Source of the DNA: Octopus sinensis
Lineage: Eukaryota
Direction: 5' to 3'
Assembly (NCBI RefSeq): GCF_006345805.1
Contig: NC_043006.1
Location: forward strand, 76,694,001-76,758,000
Length of the DNA stretch: 64,000 nt
Both the position numbers and the translations under genes were made by a program. The number at the start of each line of letters is the position of its first letter. The first letter of the stretch is position 1. This document shows, one piece after another, positions 1 through 14,960 of the stretch. The notes beneath the pieces were generated by a model that worked only from the letters and a program-made list of their open reading frames with translations, did not search any database and was not told where the DNA came from.

Positions 1-1383
1 GCTCCTCCATTGGAATTTGAGCAACATCAACAGGGTATTTTTGTAGGTATGTATGTATGTATGTATGTATGTATGTATGTGTGTATGTGTGTGTATGTAT
101 GTATGTATGTATGTATGTATGTGTGTATGCATGTATGTATGTATGTGTGTGTGTATGTAGGTATATATGCAGATTTGCTTATTTTGTTTTATGTTTGTAT
201 TCTCATGAATATAACTGTATGACTAGACATATATATGTGTATATACTTAAATGATAAAGTTCTGAAAATATGTATGTATATATGTATATACATATGTATA
301 TATGTATGTATATATGTATGTGTGTATTTATGTATGTATGTATGTATGTACGCATATATGTATGTACATGCACCAAACGCGGTCGCGCGCACACGTATAT
401 AATTTCAAGTAATTTCACTTCTCAACGAGTTTTAGATAAATACTGTTTGGTTTGGTTTTGTATTCTCCAATCCACCTTCATACTATCTCAGATCTCTTCG
501 CTCTCCTTTTTCTATATATTTTAACGATTTTTTGATGTGATTCCTAGCTGTCGAAAGTTTCGATATTTTACGTTTATTGTTCTTATCAGCGGTTAGAGCA
601 GCCGTCCCAGCAGATATATAATATTTCTACTTTATTCCCTAATCCAGCTAAAACAAAATTGCCTGAAGACGACCAGAGATACACTACCACAAGAAGCTGT
701 TTATATTGAAAGATGCTGCATATCCAGCTTGAAGAAAACATTCTCATACTAATCAATCGTTTCTTAGTTCAGTATCGATCTGTCAGTAGCGAACGTTTAA
801 ATTAAAGCGACGGGAAAAGGAAAGTGTATTCCATGAAGTGTGTAATTCAACAATTTATTGAAAGAAACAACTCTTAACAACCCACGTATTTTTAAAAATA
901 TTCGTCTCTCTAATTAGTTACGAAACCTGGGAATGGAAACTAGGATTATATAATAATTACACGCCACGTAAGTGCACTACTAAATAGCATTGAGAAAATA
1001 AGTAAGGTTAATTGACATATTCATTGCTCAAAATAAAGCAGTCAATTTAATTTATCAGAAATGCATATCCGAAATAAATTATTAATATATTTATATTAGG
1101 TACGGTAATATGGCGATAAATGCAGGTAATCAATAACAAATAAAAATAGCGTAACATACAATAAAAATGAATAATGATTATAATTTCTATCATCAAGCAA
1201 TGGCAAGCAGCAGTAGAAGCACCACACACCTTCTGAAAAACCAATTGCATCAGCATGCATGAATCAGATACATTCGCTAACGGGAAAAAATTTCTTTAAA
1301 ACATACACTAACACACATACAGCCATACACGCACCTGTGAAAATACGCAGATAACGCATATATATATATATATATATATATAT

Positions 1384-1429
<46 letters not shown>

Positions 1430-1645
1430 AGATCAAGATTCGAGTGAATCAGGTAATGATATTGTAAAGCACAGGGTCGGGTCTATAAAATAAATTCATG
1501 TGTTATATTCATATATAAACGACTATTGAAAACGTTGCTATTTAAAAAATAAATACATAAGTAAATGAGTGGAAATTAAACCGGTGAGTGTGTTAAATAA
1601 TAAGGCATTAAAAGGGAACGACTCTCCCAGACACAACAATAGACA

Positions 1646-1696
<51 letters not shown>

Positions 1697-2395
1697 GCAC
1701 ATATGTATAAATACATATATATATATATATTATACACAAATGAACCCGCAACCTACATGACCTCTTGGTCCACAGTTTCTTCCCTAACACTACATCCCAA
1801 CCTGGCTCATTCCCTTGCTCCTGCCCACGCTGCCGCACTTGCCACTACCTCTCCAACACCATCCTCTTCACAGGCACTCATCATCGTCCCTATCATATCA
1901 CCGACGTCTTTGCCTGCACTTCTTGCAGTGTTATTTACTACATCACCTGCTCTTTCTGCCTTTCTCTTTACAAAGGTCAAACTGGACGCCGTTTGGCTGA
2001 CCGGTACGCGGAGCACCTCCGAGGGATCAGACTCGGCAATGCCACCCCAGTCTCGCGCCATTTCCGCTCTAAACTCCTTACAATACCTGTCAGTGTCCGG
2101 ATTGTCTTTGCACAGGGGCCATCTGGATTCCCGCCTGTCATGTTCGGACTGTCTTTGCACAGAGGCCATCCGGTTTCCCGCCGTCGCCATGAACGGCTCA
2201 ACTCACCTCCTCTCTTCATCTGACTCCGCTCCTCTCTTGTCTTCATCTGACACCTACTCCCTCTCTTCAATCCTACCCTCTCCTCTCTTCCTCTGACACT
2301 TACTTCTTCTCTTCAGTCCAACTCACATTTCCACTTCCTTTGATACCCCCTCCACACACAACGCACCCACACGCACCTCACTGCCACATAAACCA

Positions 2396-2470
2396 TCCCT
2401 ACTCCACACACCCCTACACCACCCTACTCCACACACCCCTACACCACCCTACTCCACACACCCCTACACC
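2396..2470 (+). repeat. 25-bp minisatellite (ACCCTACTCCACACACCCCTACACC) x3 inside the PLE 3' tract
   Basis: Three consecutive units read directly at 2396, 2421 and 2446, followed by a partial unit. Confidence 0.9.
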
Positions 2471-2874
2471 ACCCTACTCACCCCTACAACACCCTGCACC
2501 ACACCACATTCAACCCACACCACATCCCACACACTCCACACCTCTCCGCACACACTAGAACTGACATCTCATCACTCACACTACACACCATCATCACTCA
2601 CACTACACACCATCATCCACACAGCCACAGTTTACAGACGCACATACTTACGCATACATCCACACATCAAAGTCACTAGTCCCTATCCGCGCACACACTT
2701 ACACATTCTTACATAAACACATGCATGCGCATCTTTGTTTTCGGATCACCAATACTTTATTATCTCCTCTTCATTACACCTCTACTGTCAAACCTTATTT
2801 TCTCAGGCATACCAGTCGCTATGCTTCATCACTAAATCTACAAGTTTTTTTCTCTCTCTATGTGTTTTCTCTTA

Positions 2875-2912
2875 TTTCTTTCTGTTGAAGTGTGTAGGCT
2901 CGAAACATAAGA
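2875..2912 (+). ncRNA. Degenerate minimal hammerhead ribozyme motif (P1 family)
   Basis: CTGTTGA-A-GTGT GTAG GCTC-GAAAC-ATA-AGA; homologous to 62023-62060 but with stems I and II damaged. Confidence 0.5.
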
Positions 2913-3019
2913 CTTTATCACTTTCACGAGCGTCAAACTAATACAGCTGCCTGTTGTTCATACACCTATTTTTTGGTTTTTCCGTAAACTTCAACTATAT
3001 AATATATATCTATATATAT

Positions 3020-3059
<40 letters not shown>

Positions 3060-3089
3060 TATAGATAAATTCATAGATACATACATACA

Positions 3090-3104
3090 AACATATCTCT
3101 ATCA

Positions 3105-3144
<40 letters not shown>

Positions 3145-3198
3145 ATCTATCTATCTATATATCTATCTATCTATCTATCTATCTAACTAACTACATAC

Positions 3199-3262
<64 letters not shown>
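3090..3262. repeat. (CTAT)n microsatellite
   Basis: Direct reading. Confidence 0.95.
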
Positions 3263-3949
3263 GCAAGTATGTATTCAATTAAGGGTGGTTTCTCCATCTT
3301 AACAAATGATTGTCATTACTTTGTGCTTTGTTGTTCTCAATTGTATTCCTGACTGTCAGCCCACGACCTCTCAGATGACTTTTCCCTTCTGTTGCGGTCC
3401 CGCATGATTTGCAGTGTAAGTGAGAGACAACAGTTGTAACGTATTCTGCATTTTAAAATAGTGACGTCTGCACACGTCACTACTCTTCCATTGCTATAGG
3501 ACTTTCATCAGATGGAATGATAAATGAGATTGATATAAAGAGAAAAATTTGCGTCATTGGATTGTAGAGATAAACGCTTGTACAAGAGAAGTGTCACATT
3601 CAGAGTCTCCGTGATTATTGATTAGTGACAGATCAAAGCGCTGTGATTTAGTAATCACGTGAAAGTACAGGTTGTTCATCAGAATGTCCATCTACTAGAA
3701 TAATGCTGTAACACCAGCTAGTGCTCTCTCACTCCTAGTGGATTTACTGCGCACTTTGACACTAAGCAAGAGCATTACTGCTTCTTCGCACGCAGAAAGA
3801 TTATCGTCACCCGCTAGTTAACCTGTACCTGGGAACCTAACCATGTTGCTAATCTGGGTCAGATTAGATCACGAAAAATGTTTGCCTAAAAGGCGGATCC
3901 ACACCCCTCACAACTTTGAGAATCCTAAACCAAAGCCTCACTACCGAAC

Positions 3950-4487
3950 GCACACATACACACATACACACATACATACATACATACATACATACATACA
4001 CACACATACATACATACATACATACATACATACATACATACATACATGCATGCATACATACATACATACATACATACATACATACATACATACATACATA
4101 CATACATACATGCATGCATGCATGCTACATACATACATACATACATACAGCATGCATGCATGCATGCATGCATACATACATACATACATACATACATACA
4201 TACATACATACATGCATGCATACATACATACATACATACATACATACATGCATGCATACATACATACATACATACATACATACATACATCATACATACAT
4301 GCATGCATACATACATTATACATACATACATACATACATACATACATGCATGCATACATACATACATACATACATACACATACATACATACATACATGAG
4401 CATACATGCACATACATACATACATACATCATACATGTGCAGCATACATACATACAACATACATACACACACACATACATACATACA

Positions 4488-4521
<34 letters not shown>

Positions 4522-5190
4522 CATGCATGCATACATACATACATACATACATACACACACATACATGCATACATACATACACACACACATACATACATAC
4601 ATACACACACACATACATACATACATACATACATACATACATACATGCATGCATACATACATACATACATACATACATACATACATACATACATGCATGC
4701 ATACATACATACATACATACATACATACATACATACATACACACACACATACATACATACATACATACATACATACATACATACATACATACATACATAC
4801 ATACATACATACATGCATGCATACATACATACATATATACATACATACATACATACATACATACATACATGCATGCATACATACATACATACATACATAC
4901 ATACATACATACATGCATGCATACATACATACATACATACATACACACATACATACATACATACATACATACATACATACATACATACATACATACATAC
5001 ATACATACATGCATGCATACATACATAATACATACATACATACATACATACATACATACATACATGCATGCATACATAATACATACATACATACATACAT
5101 ACATACATACATACATACATGCATGCATACATACATACATACATACATACATACATACATACATACATACATGCATGCATACGTTACATA
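3950..5190. repeat. ~1.25-kb (CATA)n microsatellite with CATG variant units
   Basis: Direct reading; source of the HTYI/MYVC pseudo-ORFs. Confidence 0.97.
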
Positions 5191-5300
5191 CATGAATAGA
5201 GATATAGATACATACATGTATTGATACATACACACATATATATGCATGCATAAATACAAACATATATTGATACACACACACGTATATTCTTTACACTTTA

Positions 5301-5645
5301 TCTTTTACATGTTTCAGTCATTTGACTGGGACCATGCTGGAGCACCGCCTTTCGTCGAGGAAGTCTTTGTAAGCCTAGTACTTATTTTGTCGATATCATT
5401 TGCCGAACCGCTAAATTACGGGGACGTAAGTACACCAGCATCGGTTGTTGGGGGGGGGGCGCAAACACATAAACACACACATACATATATACGACGGGCT
5501 TCTTTCAGTTTCCGTCTACTCACAAGGCTTTGGTCGACCCGAGGCTATAGTAGAAGACACTTGCTCAAGATGCCACGCAGTGGGAATGAACCTGGAACCA
5601 TGTGGTTGGTAAGCAAGCTACTTACCACAGAGCCACTCCTGCGCC
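5301..5645 (-). mobile_element. tRNA-derived SINE family A (left arm / central microsatellite / right arm)
   Basis: Reverse complement of GGCGCAGGAGTGGC...GGTTC...GAAACTGAAAGAAGCCCGTCGTATA...GGCGGTGCTCCAGCATGG...GACTGAAAC; A-box and B-box-like head. Confidence 0.9.
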
Positions 5646-6463
5646 TATATATATATATATATATATATATGCAAACATGCATATATACATACATACCTGC
5701 ATACATATAGGTGTGTTTGTATACGTATATGTATATATTATTAGTACATAGGAGTTGTGTGAGCACGCCACGCATCTTTGTGTACGAAAATGTTTCTCAT
5801 CGTAGGCGTTCGTCCGTATAATAATGAGAAATGATTTTAAAAATAACTTTAAAAAATAGAACATTTTAAACGACTTCGTCAATGGCTTTCACGTTTACGA
5901 AATTTAAATAGAATGAAAAATATTTTATATTAATTAAATTGCGAAAAATTCATTTCTTTGAGTAAAAATATGAAAAGATATTGAAGTTAATGAATTAGAT
6001 TTTTGTATTTTAATTCATTTCTGAAAAAACTTGGAACACAAATGTTTTTATTGTCCAATTATTTTCTATATTTTTTTAATGTTCATTATTTATTTTAAGC
6101 ATTGAATACTGAACAGCGCAAGAATGGAAATGCTTGGCAAAAATCGCTATCAACCTTTATGCATTTTTTTTTTTTACTTTCAGAATTCGAGGTCGAGCTT
6201 GCCTTTCGTACATCTAGAACCATAGAATAAATAACAGTTATATCAACATTTCTCTTTCTGTCTTTCTTTATCCCCCTCTCTCTCGTTCTATTTTCCTCTC
6301 TCTTCCTCTTATGATTGTTGGTTCTGCGTCACTGTTACCAGGTTACATTAATAATGAAACTGCAAACCATAGGACAAGGTTTGTAAAGCATTGTAGAAAA
6401 TATCTTGAAGACTACTAATATAATAACTCAGATTTTATTATTTTGAATTGTACAAAGTTAAAC

Positions 6464-6628
6464 GGAGTGGTTGTGTGGTAAGTAGCTTGCATACCAACCA
6501 TATAGTTCCGAGTTCAGTCCCACTGCGTAGCACCTTGGGCAAGTGTCTTCTACTATAGCCTCGGGCCGACCAAAGCCTTGTCAGTGGATTTGGTAGACGG
6601 AAACTGAAAGAAGCCCGTCAGATATATG

Positions 6629-6673
<45 letters not shown>

Positions 6674-6903
6674 ATGTGTGTCTGTGTTTGTGTGTCTGTG
6701 TCTGTGTTTGTCCCCCCCCCATCATCTCTTGACAAACGATGCTGGCGTGTTTACGTCCGCGTAACTTAGCGGTTCGGCAAAAGAGAACGATAGAATAAGT
6801 ACTAGGCTTACAAAAGAATAAGTCCTGAGGTTGATTTGCTCCACTAAAGGCGGTGCACCAGCATGGCCACAGTCTGAAACAAGTAAAAGAGTAAAAAAGT
6901 AAA
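6464..6903 (+). mobile_element. SINE family A
   Basis: Both arms present, central (TA)n(TG)n, short GTAAAAGA-type tail. Confidence 0.9.
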
Positions 6904-7398
6904 TGAAATGTTTAATATAGGTGCAAGCATAGCCACGTAGTTCACGAGCTCACTTTGGAACCTTGTAATTTTCAGTTCAATTCTGCTGTACATCGCTTGG
7001 GTAAGTTTCTTCGATTGCCACAGGTCATTTACTTCCTAGTGAAAGAATTTGTTGAACAGAAATTCAACGAAACCTGTCGTCTGTGTATTTTTGTGTATGA
7101 GTTTACATATAAAGCATATTTAAGGGTATGTGAATGTGTTTGTATCAGTGCGTTTTTCTTTTCCAACTCCGCCTAACAACTGGTTTTGGTTTGCTTCCGT
7201 TCCCATAGTTTAGAGCTTCTGCAACTGTGACAGACAGAAAGGTCATTACTAGGGTCGATTTCTTAGTCTAAAGCCTACAGGCCGATGCCCCATCGTGGCT
7301 GCTGTCCAATAACTGAAGCAAATGAAAGCTAAAGGAATATCAATGTAAAGTTCGCGTGTATAAAGTTTTCGTAGTGGCCACTATGTAAACACATCGTC

Positions 7399-7916
<518 letters not shown>

Positions 7917-9468
7917 TCAATCTTTACCTTACGTCTTAGAAAAGAAGGCCATATTAGACAGATAATATAGTTTTAGATTTCCTCTGCGTAGACGGGATAA
8001 TTACAAACGTAGTACTTCGAATCATTAATTCTGTTTTCCCAATGCTGGCCACTGAAAAGGATCTAAACATCTATAGCAACAACGTCAAACTCAAGCAACT
8101 CACACATTTATTTCTATCTAACTTTCATCAAACTTTGTCCATCCATTTCTTCGGCGAAACGTCATCGACAAAACCGTAATAGCCGTGTCAGAACAGCAGT
8201 TTATGCAATGATAATACAATTACATACAACTGTTCTGCTTCTTCTTAAGTGGTACAGGGAATATCTATCGCTTGTCTCAGCATAAAATGCATTACTTAAG
8301 TGTCGTGCTTGTAATATTATATTCAATATTACAGCACTTGTACCGTCTCCCAAACGATCTGCTATCATGAAACAGGACAAATCAAATGATTTATAGTGTT
8401 CTGTACACTTTACGGTACCGTATGATTTAAATAAGTGTATATCTAATTGAAATCTAATCAAATAAGATATTAACGGTCAAGATATTGCATACGTCGTCAA
8501 TAACAAGGTTACAGAGCACTAATTCCATATGTGTGCATGCAGAGCTGTGATGGAAAAGTTCACTTTCTAACTACCGGGTTCCTGGTTCGCTCTATCTGCG
8601 CTGGGCACGTATATTGTTCTGTAAACCCTGTGCAGATCAATAACATGTGAGAGTATTTTGGTAGACAGAAACTGAAGAGAAGCCCGGTGTATATATGATT
8701 GTGTATGTGTCAGTGAGCACGCGCTTCTCGATGTGCGTGTGCGTGTGCATGTGCGTGTGCATGCGTGGATGTGTGTATGTATGTATGTATGTATGTATGT
8801 ATATATGAAAATTTGTTTTGGGGTTCTGAAAATGTACCTGAATTTGAAAACATGTAGTTGTTTTCCAATAGATCTATTCACATAAATACCAGACTAATTT
8901 CATCAAATTTTTTGTTTATTAATGGTACAAATATATATAAAACAAGGGGAAAAGCATGATAATCGAAGAGACTTGTACGCGAAGAAAAGAACTACGACAG
9001 AGAATGTCAAAGAAAAAAAAATTACTATCATTTTTCTTCTGTCTTGTCCACGTATTCTCTAAAAACTCAATATGACCGAACTTTCAATAATATACATTTG
9101 TTATAATCTTCGCCGAACATTTGCTTTAATATTATCTATCCCTGTGAAAATCCGTTGACTTTTATGTGAACGTGTGATCATTTGATCGTTTAATCACGTT
9201 TGTCCGATTTCTACTTCGAAATTTTAAACTCATTTAAAATCCTCTATTTGTACCATTGATAAACAAAAATTGTTGAAACTAGTTTGGTATGTATGTGAAT
9301 AAATCTATTTAATAATTTCAAATTTCAAATATATCTATTTAAAATTTTCAAATTCAGGTGCATTTTCAAAACACAAAACAAATTCTCCTATATTTCTTGC
9401 GTGGGAATACACCTATTCTTTCCACACACGCGCACACACACTCTCTCACATACACACACACACACACA

Positions 9469-9541
<73 letters not shown>

Positions 9542-10459
9542 CTTTTTGAATTTACGTACTTGTAAGGCTATAGCTTTAGAAGATCGGAATTTTTAGTGTT
9601 ATCCTTAGCATCATATCTATGAATTTACAGATAGATAAGTCATTCTCATTATGTATTTTGCTTCATTTCTCATGTTAAGCTTGAACTAGAAAACATTTAT
9701 TGCAACTTTTAAACTCAAAGAAAAGTCAAGTTCCATCAGTCTAAATTTTCGATTGTGTATCAGCTATATTTCATAACCAGTGAATTCTAAAATCAAACTT
9801 ATCACTACAAAACTTATTAGCCATTGCAGATAAAATATTGATTGCCTTTGACTCGAGACACACTGGGGCAATATAGAATAGATAAAAGTTGACTATGCTA
9901 TCATTGAAACTCTCTGTCATCAATAATTAAACTGATAAAAGTATATAAGTGCACTATGAATGCGAATTTTTTTTGTTTGTTTCGACAACAAGCAAAAGAG
10001 CATTCTGGAACAAACCTTTAATAAATGATCATTCAATGTTTTCATTTTTTATTTGTACACTTGTTCTTTTTTCTTAGTGTCTGGACTCTGTTGATCCTGG
10101 GATAACGATATTGAAGGTTTAGGTGAACACACCGACCACGACACCTAATTTCAGTTTTGGCACTTATTCTATCGGTCACTTTTGCCGGAACTCTTCATCA
10201 CAGTGACATAGACAAATCAACATCAAGAGCTGCAGCTGACAAAGACAAACAAAAACTCATAAATACAGCGACAAAAATGCTTACCCACACATATGTATAC
10301 ACTCACACTATATATATATGTGTGTGTGCGTGTATGTGTGTGTGTTTGAAAGAATTAGTAGAGATGGTTTGAGGGGAATAGTTTTCATTATAATAATAAG
10401 GTTTTCAGTGAGTAAAACATGGTATACTGTACCATGTACATTATTTTTTGTTATTATAT

Positions 10460-10491
<32 letters not shown>

Positions 10492-10739
10492 TGTATGTAT
10501 GTATGTATGTATGTATGTATGTATGTATGTACTGAATGGCTAACCTGTGTATATCTATCTCGATGTATCCATAACGGTACAATGTTTTGCAAAGGACAAC
10601 ACACAAAATGTGCGTGACTATATGAAATGAAATCATTGGTTGCAAAACAATCTCACATAAACCCTCCGTTTTACGAGATGCAGTTTTGTAGAACGCAATC
10701 TAAATGGCTGCTAATTTGTGTATGGATGTCTGCTTGAGT

Positions 10740-11052
10740 GGCGGTGCAATGGCCCAGTAGTTAGGGCAGTGGACTCGCGATTGGAAGATCGCGGTTTCGA
10801 TTTCCAGACCGGGTGTTGTGTGTGTTTATTGAGGGAAAACACATAAAAGCTCCACGAGGCTCCAGTATTCGTGGGTAGCAACCCCTGTTGTACTGTTTCG
10901 CCAGAACCTTCTCTCACTCTCTCTTCCTGTTTCTTGAGTAACGATGAAATGGATTGGCGTCCCGTCCAGCTGGGGGGGGGGCACATACGCCACAAAAACC
11001 GGGGAACCAGGCATATGAGCCTTGCTTGGCTTGAAAAGGGCGACGTTTATTG
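10740..11052 (+). mobile_element. tRNA-derived SINE family B (tail type 1)
   Basis: GGCGGTGCAATGGCCCAGTAGTTAGGGCAGTGGACTCGCG...GGTTTCGATTTCC head; homologous to 56405-56716 along its length. Confidence 0.85.
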
Positions 11053-12067
11053 TTTTTATCGTATGTCTGCTTGAAGGTCTTTAGTATGAGGAATATTGCA
11101 GTAACACTAGCTCAAAAGTATCACTGAAGAAGCTTTTCTTAAGGTCATACACTAGTGATAAATACCTTATGACACTGCGTCTAACAAGAAGAATCTATTT
11201 TTGGTGACATATTTTAACATCCTTTTCTGTCGAAACGATGTTATTTACTATGTACATGAAGTAGACTTCTTGCTTTGGAAAGTGTGATTCACTTTTCAAT
11301 CAACCCTTTTGATTGCGCCAGATGTATTATTCTTTCTATAATTAGCATATCTTCATCCACTTTTAAGATTCTATTGTTATGTGACTGCATTTTGGCTATT
11401 TCCTAGTAGTAGAGTATCTCAATGTTTTTGAGCAAAAAATAGTGCAGTGGTATAATGAACCATATTTTATTTCGAGAATCATATTACTTAACTATGAAAT
11501 AAATAATAAGGATATTTATTATCTTGTTCGTATGCCAATTTGTAACGCTATGCACAATTTACCACTGAGAAAACTTAGGTCTGACATGCAACAAATGAAC
11601 AGCAAAAAACCCACTAAATATAAATCAAATCAACGAGAATTCATGATTGATAAGTAGACAAATCAATCTATTGATTTCATGCAACACAGAAGAGATCATA
11701 ACACGCATTTAAATAGTGTAGTTTTGTGATATAATGCATGTCATCTATGAACATCATTGCAACAGCTTCATTAGCAACGGCCGCTGGGAAGTGTTTGTTT
11801 GATGTAACTTGATATGAACATAATAAAGTATACAAAGTTTATGAATGTAAACGTGATATTACGCATAATTACAACAATGCCGTTAAAAATGACAGCCATT
11901 TCAATCAAATTCTTAATGGGAACTTGTTTATGTCATTAACATTAAAGCTTTTCCCTGGTTGTTCGTCTATGGCGTTTAGTCGGTGCAAAAATTGTTAGAT
12001 TATATTAGGGAAGCAGCTGTCGTATGTTTAAATAAAGGATCAAATAACAAAAAAATTATGATGCATA

Positions 12068-12241
12068 GGCGCAGGAGTGGCTGTGTGGTAAGTAGCTTGC
12101 TTACCAACCACATGGTTCCGGGTTCAGTCCCACTGCGCGGCACCTTGGGCAGGTGTCTTCTACTATAGCCTTGGGCAAACCAAAGATTTGTGAGTGGATT
12201 TGGTAGACGGAAATTGAAAGAATCCCGTCGCATATATGTAT

Positions 12242-12302
<61 letters not shown>

Positions 12303-12515
12303 CGTGTATGTGTGTGTGTTTGTGTGTCTGTGTTTGTCCCTCCAACATCGCTTGACAACCGATGCTGGTGTGTTTACGTCCCCGTCACTAAGCGGTTCGG
12401 CACAAGACACTGATAGAATAAGTATTAGGCTTACAAAGAATAAGTCCTGGGGTCGATTCGCTCGAGTAAGGGCGGTGCTCCACCATGGCCGCAGTCAATT
12501 GACTGAAGCAGGTAA
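12068..12515 (+). mobile_element. SINE family A
   Basis: Both arms present; central (CA)n(TA)n(TG)n. Confidence 0.9.
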
Positions 12516-12582
12516 ATCAGTTAAACAGTTTATATCAATGTGTCCGTCTCTTCATCCGTGAGAGCTGATGTTTATGAGTGCT

Positions 12583-12625
<43 letters not shown>

Positions 12626-13091
12626 TGTTGTATTTCGGTATGGTCATTTTTTTTTTGTCAAATAAACACACGGTCTCTATGTTCGTTATTCACTCGTTTA
12701 TTACAATTCTTATTATAACTCATGTCCATTGTTCGGCAATCTTTCATCACACATCTGTGTCCTCTCCAGCGACACTATCCGTCTTCCTGTTTGCTATTGC
12801 TGTACTCATTCTATTCTCTTTAAAATAAAGAATGGAATAAGTGCAGGAGCAATAGCATTATACGGGATTATACGGTATTCACAACTATGGTTTTAGTTGA
12901 ACTTGCAAGGCTAACAGCCTTTCGCGATATTTCCCGTTAACCTTATATTCTATCTCAGTGTTTGCATCTACATAGACATACATAATTGTGTGTGTGTTGC
13001 GGGAGTGTCTATGTGTATTTTCCCGAGTATATGTGCTTCTGGATTTAGCTACGTGTTTGCCTGTGCGCACAGGCATTCACGTATGCATACG

Positions 13092-13122
<31 letters not shown>

Positions 13123-13708
13123 CTGTGTCTGAGTGTCTATGTGTGTGTGCGCGCGCGCGTGTGTGTTTATGTATATATATATATATATATTATATATATA
13201 TATACTAAGCAATAAAGGGTTTAGCAACGAATTGCCTTACCACATACCGAATTTAGAAATAGCAGTCAAAGAGTTATAGCTATTTCTTCTACTAAAAAGG
13301 GAGATATATATATATATATTCTTATATTGTGTGTGTTCGTATTTAATGTTTATTTACATCTATTGTGTGTATGTGCATGTGTAGATATGTAGGTGCAAGT
13401 ACGTGCGTGCTTTCGTTCGTGTCTGAATGTGTATGATTTTATCTGTTATGCACATGATACGTATTTTTATCTTATAATAATCGGCATTACCGACAGCGCT
13501 AGCTAATTTACAATCCGAGCTGACCCTCCGCTATCAGTTTGGTCAATCATCTTCTTTCTTTCTGTTTTTTTTTTATGGTTTTATATGTTTCTTTATTCGC
13601 CCTCTTATCCCCCCCTCTCTCTCTCTCTGGTTGGATATATTTTGATTTGAGATAGAAATTGCACTGTTCGGATATCCGTGATATGATGCTTGTCTATACC
13701 CGGTTCTT

Positions 13709-13990
13709 GTATACATTCGCTGCTTTCTTCAAAGGAATCTAATGCTCTTAGTTTAGTTTTTCCTTGGGGCTGGTCAGATTAGAGCAATCTCAAGAATAAT
13801 CAGCCGAAATTGCGAGGAAAATCTGGTCCTTGACAGAGGAAAGAAAACTTCGAATGACTCGTCCTTGTTTTCTTTGTATCGTTTATCTAGATGTTTTGTT
13901 GTCACTTTTTGTATTACCTAGCTGTCCGGATGTCTTGCGTTCTTGTCCCATTTTGTATTTTTTTAATATATATATAGTATATGTGATATG
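13709..13990 (+). repeat. ~280-bp module, copy 1 (probable retroelement 3' terminus)
   Basis: Aligns with 14332-14608 from GTATACATTCGCTGC to TATATAGTATATGTGATATG. Confidence 0.8.
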
Positions 13991-14331
13991 GCCTTCTCTT
14001 CATACTCATTTTCCCACTTTCACTTCATTGTGTCTCTTTCATTTTTCTCTCGCCCCTCCTTAATTCTTCTATCTCTCTGCTTCTACCTCTCTCTCTTCTC
14101 TTCCCACGTGACCGTCTTCGGCTAGGACTGACCTTTCTTTCTTGGTAGGACTATTGTCCGTGCAACATCTACATTCCTTCCTATGCTTGTTAAAACTTAT
14201 GTCCCTGCCGTAAGGCTTTACTTCCACACACGCCAGCTTAATTTAATTCGTCCTTAGTCGAAAGACACCTGTTGTTATGTCCTGTTATTTATATTTGTAT
14301 AACATTTCTGTTTTATTTTTGTCCTTGTTTC

Positions 14332-14608
14332 GTATACATTCGCTGCTTTCTTCCAAGGAATGTAAAGCTCTTAGCTTATTTTTCCTTGGGGCTGGCCAGA
14401 TTGGAGCAATCTCGAGTATAACCAGCCGAAATTGCAAAGATAATCTGGAACTCGACTGAGGAAAGAAAACTCCGAATGATCCGTCTTTGTTTTCCTTGTA
14501 TTGTCTGTTTGGACATTTTGTTTTCCTTTTTTTGTTTCACCTATCTTTCTGGATGTTTTGCGTTCTTGTCCCATTTTTGTATTTTTTATATATAGTATAT
14601 GTGATATG
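14332..14608 (+). repeat. ~280-bp module, copy 2
   Basis: Diverged direct repeat of 13709-13990. Confidence 0.8.
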
Positions 14609-14960
14609 CGAGTTTGTTAATTATTTGTAGTATAGTGGAAAAATTATATATATATATTTTGCAATTTAACATCAATTATTGTACTTACTAGAGGACACTG
14701 ATGAGGTGATTGTATGATTGCATAATGTTTCTACAAGCGATGTAATTATTTGGGATTTTGCTGGAAGGAGTGTCTTCTGATTATTATTATTATTATTGTG
14801 GTTGTATACTGTCAACTTAACGTGACAGTACCGTAAAGGGATTATACCACCGCTATTTAGCCCTAGGAAGCATCGAAGCTTCCTGTCGGCCTTGACACAT
14901 TTCTTGTGTCCTTATATATTTACGAAGGGGAGACAAACACCCCCGACAGCTAGGACTGCG

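Larger units (their letters stand above)
1745..2996 (+). mobile_element. 5'-truncated Penelope-like element (family P1): GIY-YIG endonuclease remnant, C/T- then C/A-rich 3' tract, terminal HHR-bearing module
   Basis: ORF 1765-2223 reads PGSFPCSCPRCRTC...CTSCSVIYYITCSFCLSLYKGQTGRRLADRYAEH...PVSRHF, i.e. PLE Cys motif plus GIY-YIG. An internal ~47-bp tandem duplication near 2105-2190 disrupts the C-terminus. Same 3' layout as 61159-62100. Confidence 0.85.

Noticed and set aside
10-5281. Long ORFs such as 3843-5195 (450 aa) and the many [12 protein letters not shown] frames throughout the window
   Set aside because: Translations of (CATA)n, (TA)n, (CA)n and (GATA)n microsatellites; no coding signal.
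14450-14480. CTGAGGA...CCGAAT as a hammerhead
   Set aside because: No GAAA, no stem II closure, no stem I.
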